Source of the DNA: an uncultured Nitrososphaerota archaeon
Lineage (GTDB): Archaea; Thermoproteota; Nitrososphaeria; Nitrososphaerales; Gagatemarchaeaceae
Direction: 5' to 3'
Assembly: GCA_963718895.1 (NCBI GenBank)
Contig: CAVRAG010000008.1
Span: forward strand, 864,001 to 928,000
Length of the DNA stretch: 64,000 bases
This document shows, piece after piece, positions 11,077 to 20,512 of the stretch. The translations under genes were made by a program, and so were the position numbers. Within the stretch, counting starts at the first letter, position 1. Every line of letters starts with the position of its first letter. Under the pieces are notes generated by a model, which was not told the DNA's origin, did not search any database, and saw only the letters and a program-made list of their open reading frames with translations.

Positions 11077-11703
11077 TTGGCAAACCTGAGCACGGCCAAG
11101 ACCCTCGGCGAGATTGGCTCGATCCTCGAGCTGATACCCTTCGTCAACATAGTCGGCTACATACTCACGCTGATAGCGGTGAAGTACATCTCCGACGACC
11201 TTCAGGACAGGTCGATCTTCAACGACATGCTCTACGCCGTGATCACCGGGATTGTTGGAGTCCTGGTCGGCTTCTTCATCCTGCTCGGGGGGATATTTGC
11301 CTCGGCGTTCACGGGAGGGATGAGCGCAGTCGGCGGAGTGATCGCCTTCCTCGCCGCACCCTGGATCGTTCTGATAGTCTCGGCGATATTCGTCCGCCGG
11401 GCGTTCGAGACGATGGCTACGAAGCTCAACGTCGGCTCCTTCCGGACCGCCGGGACCCTGTACCTCATCGGAGCAGCGCTGACCATAGTCTTCGGGGTCG
11501 GGTTCATCATCTTGTTCATCGCGTACATCTTCCAGATAGTCTCGTTCTTCGGGATCAAGGATACGGCCAGCTCACCCCCGGCCTATGCGGGTGTACCCCC
11601 AACGGCCCAGCCACAGGGCGCTGTGAGATTCTGCCAGAACTGCGGCGCGCAGATGCCCGCCGACAGCAACTTCTGCCGCATCTGTGGCGCAAGGCAATCG
11701 TGA
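11077..11703 (+). CDS. DUF996-like membrane protein with C-terminal zinc ribbon
   Basis: AKTLGEIGSIL..IVGYILTLIAVKYISD, FRTAGTLYLIGAALTI, CQNCG..FCRICG. Confidence 0.85.
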   Translation: MANLSTAKTLGEIGSILELIPFVNIVGYILTLIAVKYISDDLQDRSIFNDMLYAVITGIVGVLVGFFILLGGIFASAFTGGMSAVGGVIAFLAAPWIVLIVSAIFVRRAFETMATKLNVGSFRTAGTLYLIGAALTIVFGVGFIILFIAYIFQIVSFFGIKDTASSPPAYAGVPPTAQPQGAVRFCQNCGAQMPADSNFCRICGARQS

Positions 11704-11863
11704 CCCGGCTGGCAGGGTCTGATGATTTCATCGCCCTTTGAAGGTTGTCCGGTACATGCTGAAGGATCGCGCCCGAACCTGTCGCTCTTGCCCGAGACCA
11801 GCGGGGAAGCACGTCGAGGGCGGTTGTCCAGGCTGCGATTCATCCTGGAGGTTCTCGGGGCGC

Positions 11864-12108
11864 CTACTGGGAGATCTTCACCTTGGTCGCGGGGACCGGC
11901 TCGGGCGTCGAGACGCGCACCATGGCCTCGCCGATCTTCAGGACCATGAAGTCGGAGATGTACCTGTCCTCCTCGTACTTGTTGACCATGAATCTGAGCA
12001 TCAGGTCGATGTCCGGGCCGTCGTTCAGCAGGTGGCAGACCTTGATGGAGATGTTCTTGAGGAGCCATCGTAAGAGCTTGGAAGGGCTGGTCGCCGCCAC
12101 GAGGCCCC
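11864..12108 (-). pseudogene. Orphan ~80-codon 3' end of HerA-like ATPase A
   Basis: WLLKNISIKVCHLLNDGPDIDLMLRFMVNKYEEDR..KIGEAMVRVSTPEPVP is nearly identical to the C-terminus of 15198-16323. Confidence 0.92.
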
Positions 12109-12124
12109 AACGAGACGCCGACTC

Positions 12125-13587
12125 TCACCACTGCACGTGGACGTGGTTTACACCCGGCGTCTCGCACGGCACGCCGTGCACCGCTCCCTGCGCCTCGCAG
12201 ATGCTCAACGGGTTCCCAGCGTCCGTGCCAGCCTGGCGCAGGGCGTTCAGCGTCGCGATGAAGGCCGGAGTGCCAGGAGCGTTGGGCGTCGGCTGAAGGT
12301 CGAGCGCCCTCCCCCAGACGTGGTGGCTCGTTGTCCCGACGTGGCTCACGCACGCGTTGTTCCTCGGATTGCGGTATCCGCAGGAGACGATCCAGGTCGA
12401 CTGAGACAGGGCATCGAAGGCTTGGGTTATCGCGTCGAGGTGGGTCTGCAGCCCGTCGTCCATTATGAGCGAATAGCTTCCGTTGTCGAAGGACGCGCTC
12501 GCCGGCGGGACGAACTGATCCTCGTGGGGACGCTCTGCGCCTGAAGGTCGAGGTACTCCTGTCGCATGATGTCCGTCTCGTCCTGGACGAGGTTGTAGGT
12601 CTGCGAGGATTCCTGCAGCGTGGCCGACAGGTCGTACATGATCGGTTCGTTCGGCACTCGGGAGCAGCCGGTGGGCCTGTTCGTCGGGTTTGGCGTGAAG
12701 CTGAAGGTGTCACCGCCGGTCTGCTGGTTGGGGTTCCCGTCGCCGCTATCTGTGCTCTTGCCGGTCACGTTCCAGGAGATCTGGCTCGACCAGCTCGAGG
12801 CCTGCGCGCCCGTGATCTCTATGTGGAACTGCAGTGTGTCGGTCGAGATGAACGACTGAGTCGCGTCGGTCCTGTCATCTCGCTTTATGGTGAATGGAGG
12901 GGTGAGCTTGAAGGTCCAGACCGTGGTCCTCGAACCGAGTTCCATCTCGTCCTGGAAGGTCTGCGTGACCGATTGCGAGTCAGCATCGTTGAGGCTGATG
13001 GTCATGGGCTGAGGGTTGAGAGCGGCCATGTGCGGGATGCACGCGGGGAGATAGACCGAGTCCCCGGTGTAGGAGTTCGGATTCATCGTCGTCGACATCC
13101 ACTCGGCCGCAGTCGTCCCACCCAGAGCGTTCGAGATGGCGTTCTCCGTGGGTGGAGGACTGCCGCTCTTGATCAGGTTTGCGAGCGCCGACCAGTTGCC
13201 GAGATATCCAGGTGCGTCCACAGAGAACGGGGTGGTCGTCTGCTGGCCGTCGCCCGTCTGGGTCGTACTTCCCGAGGCCTGCAGTCCCGTCGTGCTGATC
13301 CCCGTGATGCTTATTGTCTGGGTTCCCCCATCGTAGGTTCCGCCGGCGAAGTAGTCGATCGTCCCGGACGCAGCGAACTGCGCGGTCCCCTGACTGCCGT
13401 TGGCGTTGAAAGTGCCCTTCATCGGGCCCGCGAACGAGTTCGGGGACGGCCCGGGCTGTTGCGGCTGGCCCACGACGAGCTCGAAGCTCCACTGTCCGCT
13501 GTAGCTGCAGTTGAGGCTGTTGCGTCCCGAGATGGTGACGACCGCGCTCACCGCCACGGTCCAGACGTTGGGGGGAATGAGGGCCAC
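12125..13587 (-). CDS. S/T/G-rich protein with C-terminal peptidase M15-like (Hedgehog/DD-peptidase fold) domain, frameshift near 12500
   Basis: SCGYRNPRNN..SHHVWGRALDL..HVHVQW matches the M15 R/SxH..D/HxH pattern. Confidence 0.72.
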
Positions 13588-13639
13588 GCGTCTTCTCCTC
13601 CTCCCAGGGCAGGAGGTCTATTAAGAGATTCTAAGATCA

Positions 13640-13894
13640 GGCTCTGTCAAGCCTTCGTTGGGCAAGGGTGGGCGCTCAAGCATGCTCTCAGCGTGTTGTA
13701 TCCGAGTAGTAAGGACGGATCCCGAGCGAATCCGTCTGACTCATGGGCAAGAAGGGCGGTTGAGGTTCGACCGTCCATTGAACACAAGGCGGGGCACGTT
13801 GGAGCAGTGAGTGGGAACCCGACGACGGGCATCCTCAGAGTCGATGCCTCGAAGCCAAGTTTTTTTGGTTACCCGACAAAGGCCTGACAGAACC
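13640..13894. mobile_element. 255-bp MITE or internally deleted IS with 26-bp imperfect terminal inverted repeats (IS6-like ends)
   Basis: GGCTCTGTCAAGCCTTCGTTGGGCAA (13640-13665) versus the reverse complement of 13869-13894, GGTTCTGTCAGGCCTTTGTCGGGTAA; 21/26 match; no clear target-site duplication. Confidence 0.55.
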
Positions 13895-13896
13895 CT

Positions 13897-13977
13897 CGGG
13901 TGATCTGAGTTCGTAGCTCAAGGTTCCAGATTCGGATCTGCTTGTATCGATAGGGCGATTTTTCCTCTCATGCCAGA
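13897..13977. repeat. 81-bp dispersed repeat, copy 1 (copy 2 at 19495-19575)
   Basis: Ungapped, 67/81 identical; core TGTATCGATAGGGCGATTTTTCCT is exact. Confidence 0.85.
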
Positions 13978-13996
13978 AAAGAGGGCGCTGGCACCG

Positions 13997-14080
13997 CTAT
14001 GGTAAGCCCGGTTCGGAGAGAGGGTCAAGCTTCTCGATGAACCGCAGCGCGTTCCTCTTGATCTCAACTCCGAACGCCAA
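13997..14080 (-). pseudogene. Truncated RelE/ParE-like toxin (N-terminal ~20 codons)
   Basis: MAFGVEIKRNALRFIEKLD followed by an early stop; overlaps the end of the antitoxin gene. Confidence 0.6.
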
Positions 14081-14252
14081 GAGTCTTCATGAGCTCTCTT
14101 TCTTCCACAACCTCGTCGCGCTCTGCTATTGCCTTCTTCTCTACCCTCGTCGGTTCTTCGATTGGTATCAGCCTATCGACCATGTGCTTGTACAAAAGCC
14201 TCAATTCCGTGAGTTCGTCGTGAACATCCTTCAGAGTAACAGACTTTGCCAT
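14064..14252 (-). CDS. Putative RelB-like antitoxin
   Basis: 62 aa, LIPIEEPTRVEKKAI..EEREL; precedes the RelE-like remnant. Confidence 0.6.
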   Translation of the reverse strand: MAKSVTLKDVHDELTELRLLYKHMVDRLIPIEEPTRVEKKAIAERDEVVEERELMKTLGVRS

Positions 14253-14393
14253 CTCGAGGATTCATACGAGGCGCACGCTGTTATTTGTGCCCGTCGCGGG
14301 GAGCCTTCGTTGCCCCACGGAAGGACGCCCTTTTCGATTCGCCGACAGTAATGACCTGCGTCGAGATCTTCACCTCGATGGCCGAGACAAGGC

Positions 14394-14424
14394 TTATTAT
14401 CTTGTATAGACGTTGTATATACAA
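14394..14424 (+). promoter_or_regulatory. TATA-like box and palindromic operator of vapBC
   Basis: TTATTAT at 14394-14400; perfect palindrome TTGTATATACAA at 14413-14424 next to the start codon. Confidence 0.55.
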
Positions 14425-14645
14425 TGGCCGATTCGCTGGTGACGATACGGGTCCCGAAGGAGACGAAGGATAGGATGAGAAAGGCGGGGTTGAACTGGAG
14501 CGAAGAGTTGCGCAAGGTGATAGAAGAGCGCCTGTCGGAGGACCGAAGGCGGGAGGCGCGCAACGAACTGGAGAGACTCCTGATTTCGGTGAAGCCTGGT
14601 TTCGACAGCGGCATCCAGATAAGGGAGTCAAGAAGGCGTGGTTGA
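14424..14645 (+). CDS. vapB: VapB-type RHH antitoxin
   Basis: VTIRVPKETKDRMRKAGLNWSEELRKVIEE; overlaps the PIN gene. Confidence 0.85.
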   Translation: MADSLVTIRVPKETKDRMRKAGLNWSEELRKVIEERLSEDRRREARNELERLLISVKPGFDSGIQIRESRRRG

Positions 14646-15075
14646 GTCCTACGTCGTCGACGCCAGCGTGGTCGCAAAGTGGTTCAACAGAGGGGAGGCG
14701 AACGAGAGGGAGGCCACCCTCCTGAGAGACGCCTGGATCGACCGAAGGACCGAACTGTTCGCGCCTTCGCTGCTCCTCTTCGAGGTCGCCAACGCAATCT
14801 GGAAGAATCCAAATGTTGATAGAAAGACCGCCCGCTCTCTCACAAGACTGGCGGTACGGATCTCTCCAAGCCTCCTCAACCCGAAGGAGGAGGTTGCCGA
14901 GCAGGCGATGAGGTTGGCGAGAGCCCAGAAGATTACCTTCTATGACGCCGTGTACCCCGCCATCAGCAAGTCCCTGTCTTTTCCCCTGATTACCGCCGAC
15001 CGAGAGCAGCTGACCGTCTCACAGGGGTACACAAAGGCGATGCATCTGTCTGCGATCCCAAATCCGGCCACGTGA
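14638..15075 (+). CDS. vapC: VapC PIN-domain toxin
   Basis: VVDASVVAKWF, EVANAIWK, ITFYDAVY, LITAD. Confidence 0.92.
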   Translation: MVESYVVDASVVAKWFNRGEANEREATLLRDAWIDRRTELFAPSLLLFEVANAIWKNPNVDRKTARSLTRLAVRISPSLLNPKEEVAEQAMRLARAQKITFYDAVYPAISKSLSFPLITADREQLTVSQGYTKAMHLSAIPNPAT

Positions 15076-15197
15076 ATCTGCGAACGGCGCCTCTCGCGGA
15101 GAAGACTAGGCGGTTCAAGATGACGCCGCTTGCCCCCCTCGACGAGGGCGCGTCTCTGGAGTAAGGAGGACTCATCAGTGAGATCTCGGCGTGCAGG

Positions 15198-16323
15198 CTA
15201 AAGCTTCCGCGTCTGCTCAGAGACATTCACCTTGGTCACAGGGACAGGCTCAGGCGTCGAGACGCGCACCATGGCCTCGCCGATCTTCAGGAGCATGAAC
15301 TGCGAGACGAACCTGTCCTCCTCATACTTGTTGACCATGAACCGGAGCATGAGGTCGATGTCCCGGCCGTCGTTCAGGAGGTGGCAGACCTTGATGGAGA
15401 TGTTCTTGAGGAGCCACTGCGAGAGCTGGGAAGGGCTGGTCGTCGCCACGAGGACCCCCTGGCCGTACTTCCTGTTCTCGACGACCATGGCGTCGAGGAA
15501 CCCCTTGTAGTTCCCCCTGTCCGGCGCGACGTGGTGCGCCTCGTCGATGATGAGGAGCTGGCGGAGGTAGTCGGCCGGGCCCTTCTCCTTCGCCATGCGG
15601 TAGAGGCGCTTTATGATGACCTGCGAGACCAGGTCCTTCGGCTGCTCGAACTTGAAGGGGGAGAGGTCGACGATGTGGATGCCCGGCCCGAAGAACGTCT
15701 CGAACGAGAGCGACTCACCAGAGTCGAAGACCTTTCTTGCAGCCCCCACCGTCAGAGGCCTCAGCCTCGAGATGACCGCCTCCCGGGACTCTGCCAACCC
15801 CTGGAACTGCCGGTCCTCCCGGTACTCCTCGACCGCCTCCATGAGGTCGGAGATCCGCGACTGCCCGGACTTGGAGATGTCGGCCTGCAGCCTCTCCATG
15901 CTCTTGCCGACTATCCTCTGCTGCAGGAAGCCGAGCGGCTGCCCGTCCTCATAGGAGACCTGGACGTAGTGGGAGACGGTGTCGATGGCACCCTCGACCG
16001 CCTCGTCGGCGTCCCAGCCCCGGTCGGCGGCGAGCAGCGAGAGGTGGAGGTTCCTGCCTGCGGCGTAGACCGTGCAGTAGGGCAGGCCCGAGAGCGCCTC
16101 GGCGTGCTCGCCCGTCCTGTCGAGGATGACAACGGCGACTCCGGTGTCGCCGAGGTGCTTCGCGATGAGGGCGATGTCGTGGGACTTGCCCACGCCGGGG
16201 ATGCCGACGATTACAGCCCCGCGGGTGAGCCACGAGTACTTGACCATGAAGGGCTTCACCTCTCTCGTGTCATGCTCCTCGATAACGGTCCCCAGCTGGA
16301 ACGATTCAGAGTTGAGATTCATG
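15198..16323 (-). CDS. HerA/FtsK/VirB4-superfamily ATPase A (DUF87-like)
   Basis: Walker A GIPGVGKS, ILDRTGEH, Walker B LIIDEAHH, arginine finger ENRKYG; start uncertain. Confidence 0.88.
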
Positions 16324-16547
16324 TCCGAAGAGGTGCAGGGATGATATGAACGCCACGCGTCAAGGCGACGAAGTTGAAGGTTACGGCGAGCCGGACGCGA
16401 AAGTGGTCCGGTCGACAAATGTTAGCTCCACTATCGCGTCGCTTCAAGCTCGGCGATCTCCTCCTGGCATGCCAAACCGGAGGCACAACGAAATTCGGGG
16501 CAGAAGATTCCTTGACCCTGGTATGCAGGATGACACAGTGGACTCGA

Positions 16548-16787
16548 TTAGTCGAGAAGCTTGACAAAACTCTCCATATCTAGCTCTGCGTCGGTAATGA
16601 TCTGTCGCAACGTCCCTTTCTTCAACGTTTGATGCATCGGAACAGTGAGTTTGATTACCTTCTCGCCCTCGACCTTTTCCAACCGTACGTGACTTCCTTT
16701 CTGTCTGACGACTCTGAAGCCCACCTTGCTCAGCGCCTTGATTACATCCCTGCCCGAGGCGACTGGCAACCTGCCGCTCGAGCCCAA
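16548..16787 (-). CDS. hicA: HicA toxin
   Basis: VIKALSKVGFRVVRQKGSHVRL..TVPMH..GTLRQI. Confidence 0.92.
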   Translation of the reverse strand: MGSSGRLPVASGRDVIKALSKVGFRVVRQKGSHVRLEKVEGEKVIKLTVPMHQTLKKGTLRQIITDAELDMESFVKLLD

Positions 16788-16790
16788 GCC

Positions 16791-16994
16791 CTACACCGTC
16801 ACTTCTGCAATCTTATCGTTCTTCGATCGCTTGACCTGTGACGCATCGACCTCCAAGTAGAGTTCGATGGCTTCTTTGATGTTGTTGAGAGCTTCTTCCT
16901 TGTTGTCTCCCTCGCTTATGCAGCCAGGGAGAGAAGGAACGTAGACCGAGTAGCCGCCCTCCTCCTGGGGCTCCAGAACTACCTTGAGCTTCAC
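16791..16994 (-). CDS. hicB: HicB antitoxin
   Basis: EGGYSVYVPSLPGCISEGDNKEEALNNIKEAIELYLE. Confidence 0.92.
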   Translation of the reverse strand: MKLKVVLEPQEEGGYSVYVPSLPGCISEGDNKEEALNNIKEAIELYLEVDASQVKRSKNDKIAEVTV

Positions 16995-17076
16995 AGTTTA
17001 CCATTTACGGTTGGTGGGTAATAAGATTGTTGCGAAAATCAATGACCCATCTTGAACCATTAGCGAGAAACAGAGT

Positions 17077-17517
17077 TCACAGTGGGTTGCTTTCGCGGGC
17101 CGATGGGTTATCATTCCAGATGTCTACGGCACGCTTCCACTTGTCAAGGAAGTTTTTTGCCCAGACTGTCACGGCCTTGCCTCCCTGTGTGCGAAGCTTC
17201 CCGCTCTCATCGAGGAAGGTGACTCGGTTCCGCTCCACCATGTAGCCGAGTCTCCCTCCGGCGGCGATGAAAGCTTGCTCGGGCTCCCAGGTGATCGAGA
17301 AGCCTGGCATCGCCAAGCTCTGCCGAATGTATTCCCGTATCGCCTTCTTGCCGGCCACGGTGGGCTGGTCCGGCGGCAGGACGACTGCGTCATCCGCCCA
17401 GAAGGATACGATCAGGTCCACGTCCCGGTCGGCGGCGGCCCGCGCCCAATCTCGGCTCACCTGCATAAGGGAGGCGCGCTCGGCTTCGGAGTCCATGACA
17501 TCCACGCGGGATACCAA
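17077..17517 (-). CDS. SnoaL/NTF2-like (DUF4440) protein
   Basis: WADDAVVLPPDQPTVAGKKAIR..GKAVTVW..W. Confidence 0.8.
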   Translation of the reverse strand: MVSRVDVMDSEAERASLMQVSRDWARAAADRDVDLIVSFWADDAVVLPPDQPTVAGKKAIREYIRQSLAMPGFSITWEPEQAFIAAGGRLGYMVERNRVTFLDESGKLRTQGGKAVTVWAKNFLDKWKRAVDIWNDNPSARESNPL

Positions 17518-17689
17518 GGGGCCAACCGGCTTAAAGATATTCAGATCCCTACTTTGATGCCGACGATGGTCGTCCTTCTGGTCAGCCCCGAGTGCTTGAG
17601 CATGAAGGGGTTCCCCTCCTTGCCGTTCCTCTCGACCACGTCTCCGGCTGGAACGATTCCGTGTTGAGGTTCATGCATGAGAGAGTGGA

Positions 17690-17790
17690 GGGAGGATATG
17701 AGCGCCACGCGTCGAGGCGGCTCGGTGATGGATGTCGTCCGGTTTGTAGGACGACACGAAGACATTGGTGTCGATAAATGCAGCTTTCAG
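17690..17790 (-). pseudogene. Truncated VapC PIN toxin
   Basis: KAAFIDTNVFVSSYKPDDIHHRA directly after the RHH antitoxin; similarity is then lost. Confidence 0.65.
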
Positions 17791-18065
17791 CTGTAGCCCC
17801 TGCCTTCTGAAACGATCTTCGCTGCGCTCTTGCGCCCTTTCAACCCTGCGGCCATTCTCTCCTCGAATTCGACGTCGGACATGTTGCCTGCCTCCTTCAG
17901 CAGCTCCGCAATGTCATCATTGGCGAAGAGTTCCGGATGCTCTTCCATGTGCTCGTTCAGCATGTCCCTGACGGCCTCAGATTTGTTCTTGTAGACTCTC
18001 GCCTTGACGAGGCGTTCTAGCTTCTCGTGTGTCTCCTTCTCCACCTTCACGTGGATGGGTTCCAC
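17787..18065 (-). CDS. RHH/CopG antitoxin
   Basis: IHVKVEKETHEKLERLVKARVYKNKSEAVRDML. Confidence 0.8.
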   Translation of the reverse strand: MEPIHVKVEKETHEKLERLVKARVYKNKSEAVRDMLNEHMEEHPELFANDDIAELLKEAGNMSDVEFEERMAAGLKGRKSAAKIVSEGRGYS

Positions 18066-18241
18066 GGTATCACGATTGTAACACGCAGCCTATAATCATG
18101 TCGCGACGTCAAGAGCCTGCATCGTGGCACACGAGGAAGGTTCGCGGAGGGTCACCCGGACGTGGGAAGCGGCCCGACGGGATGCAGCCAACTGTCTGGG
18201 CTAGTCTTCGACCGCAGGGAGGCAGGGCCTTCCTCCTTTGA

Positions 18242-19450
18242 TCAAGCCCTGATCTTGGTCTTTCGAAGGGCGACGAGAGCCAGCGGCAGCATCACCCCGA
18301 CCGTCACGGCAACCAGGAGCAGGTAGGAGGCAGAGAGCGACGTGCTGGATGCCTGGCTCGAGGTGGACGGGGTCGTGGTGGCCACGTTTGAGGTCGTGGG
18401 GGTCGTGGAAGCGGTCGTGGGCGCACTCGAGGTCGGAGAAGTGGAAGAGACGGAAGTCCCACTCGATGAATCTGATATCACGGCTACGGTGCCGGGGATG
18501 AGCGAGTTTGCTGCATAGACCGCTCCGGTCCCCGGATCGTAGGCTATGTCCGTAGGCTGGGTGAAGCCGGTGCTCCAGGTCCCTATCACCTTGTTGGTGC
18601 TGTCGGAGATCACTTCGACCTCGTTCTCCCCGTTCATGTATATCACGCCTTTGCCGGAATCATACGCCAGTGTCCCTTCCCATCCGAAGTTCACTCCGCT
18701 GACGGTGGCGACGACCTTGTTGCTGCTGTCCGATATGACCGAGACCGTGCTGCCTGACTGCGCGAAGATCTCGCCCTTGGCAGGGTCATATGCCAGGAAC
18801 CCAGTGGCAGTGACGGGTATGGTCGTGATGACGGAATTCGTCGAATCTGATATGACCGCAACGTTGGCGCCTCCAGCCTGGCCGTTTGACTGTGAGAGGA
18901 ATATCTCCCCCTTGGCTGAGTCATAGACCATCGCGAACGGGGTCTGGGTCGTGATGTTGTCCACGACCTTGTTGGTGCTGTCCGATATGACCTGGACCAC
19001 GTCGGGGGTCGGGGTGTCGTAGGCAGATGGAGACACGAATATCTCCCCTTTGCCGGAATCGTAGGCTATGCGCGTCAGGTTAGGAAGGACATCGGTCACG
19101 TTTCCGACGATCTTCTTGGTCGCGTCCGATATGGCGTATGCCACGGCGCCGCCTGTCACCCACATCTCGCCCTTGCCGGAGTCGTAGGCCAGGTCGTACA
19201 CGCCGCTAGGTCCTGTTATGTCGGCGACGACCGAGTTCGTGGTATCCGAGAAAATCTGAACATCGTCGCTCTGGTAGTTGGCGACGAAGACCTCACGCGT
19301 GGCGGGATCGTAGGCTACTCCGACAGGGTTGCTTCCTGCGGTTATTGTCGTGGTCACACTGATGGCATGAATTGTGTTGGCCGCCGATAGAGCAAAGAGC
19401 ACGATCATTATCAACCCGAAGAACTTGGGAGCCTTTGCTTTCACAAATTG
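18242..19450 (-). CDS. YVTN/YncE-type beta-propeller surface protein with S/T linker and C-terminal TM anchor
   Basis: Repeats AYDSGKGE..VISDSTNKV; signal peptide; start approximate. Confidence 0.85.
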   Translation of the reverse strand, partial: QFVKAKAPKFFGLIMIVLFALSAANTIHAISVTTTITAGSNPVGVAYDPATREVFVANYQSDDVQIFSDTTNSVVADITGPSGVYDLAYDSGKGEMWVTGGAVAYAISDATKKIVGNVTDVLPNLTRIAYDSGKGEIFVSPSAYDTPTPDVVQVISDSTNKVVDNITTQTPFAMVYDSAKGEIFLSQSNGQAGGANVAVISDSTNSVITTIPVTATGFLAYDPAKGEIFAQSGSTVSVISDSSNKVVATVSGVNFGWEGTLAYDSGKGVIYMNGENEVEVISDSTNKVIGTWSTGFTQPTDIAYDPGTGAVYAANSLIPGTVAVISDSSSGTSVSSTSPTSSAPTTASTTPTTSNVATTTPSTSSQASSTSLSASYLLLVAVTVGVMLPLALVALRKTKIRA

Positions 19451-19494
19451 AACTCCGCGGCGCGGCGCCGGGCAAAGAGTATTTAACGATGCCC

Positions 19495-19575
19495 CGGGTG
19501 GTTTGGATTCGTAACCCAAGGATCTTGATTCGGGTCTGTCTGTATCGATAGGGCGATTTTTCCTTTCATGCCGGA
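19495..19575. repeat. 81-bp dispersed repeat, copy 2
   Basis: See 13897-13977. Confidence 0.85.
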
Positions 19576-19781
19576 CAGTAAGGCATACTGGCTCCCGCCA
19601 ACAACCTGCTGCAGCCGACCGTGGACGGCGAGATGTCTCGAACGATGGCTTCTACGCCTGGCGCTGGGTCAGGGTCTGGAACGCGCCCCTGGGCAGCTAC
19701 GGCGGAAGCCGCACGGAACAGTACACCACGCCGACGCCGCCCGAGAGCACCCCGGACCTCCCTACGGCGTCTACGGCCTGG

Positions 19782-20219
19782 ATGTTCGACAACGCCCCCG
19801 CAGACGGCGCGAGGTCGACGGGCTGGGTCGACATCCCGGGAGGTCCAGCCCTGGCATCCGACCCGACCAAGTGGCCGAGCGTGCGCCAGCTCGACGGGTT
19901 CGTGGCGAGCGTCTACCAGTATCCCGAGTTCGGCCTCGTCTACTACATCGTCGTCTACGACGTCCTGCCGAACGCGTGCAGGGTGACGATGTACCCTGCC
20001 CAGAGCGTCACGGTCGAGCAGTGGTGCTCTGTCAAGAGCTCCTCCGCACCCTACATGGCCGAGGGCCACATCGCAGGAGACCCCGCCGGTACGCAGACCT
20101 TGCAGCCTCCTGCAGCGAGCAACGCCGCGACCTCGACCGCCGTGACGTCGGGATGGACCGACCCGAGCGGTGCCCCGACTCTGCCGGGCGGAGCGGGGAC
20201 TGAAAGTCCCGCCGAATGA
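19782..20219 (+). CDS. Hypothetical protein or gene fragment
   Basis: GC3-rich reading frame; 5' end unclear. Confidence 0.35.
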   Translation: MFDNAPADGARSTGWVDIPGGPALASDPTKWPSVRQLDGFVASVYQYPEFGLVYYIVVYDVLPNACRVTMYPAQSVTVEQWCSVKSSSAPYMAEGHIAGDPAGTQTLQPPAASNAATSTAVTSGWTDPSGAPTLPGGAGTESPAE

Positions 20220-20512
20220 AGAATCTCCTTCGACCTCGAATCTTCTCTCACCTCAGCAAACGGTCGGCGAGAACGGCGAAGCGACCCACATCCAGCCGAC
20301 CACAGGAGACCCGGGTATAGGGCAGAACCCGAAGACACCCTCTCAACCCTCTTCGCGGTTCAGGAAGCTCAAGGACGGCCTCCAAAGGCGCAGAGTCTTT
20401 CGCCAAAGTCCTCTCGGTTCCATCATCATCGAGCCGAGATTCAGCCCGCACATGGATGACGACCCTCGATGCATCTCCGCGGTTTCAATCTTTATTAATC
20501 GTGGAAGCCGTC

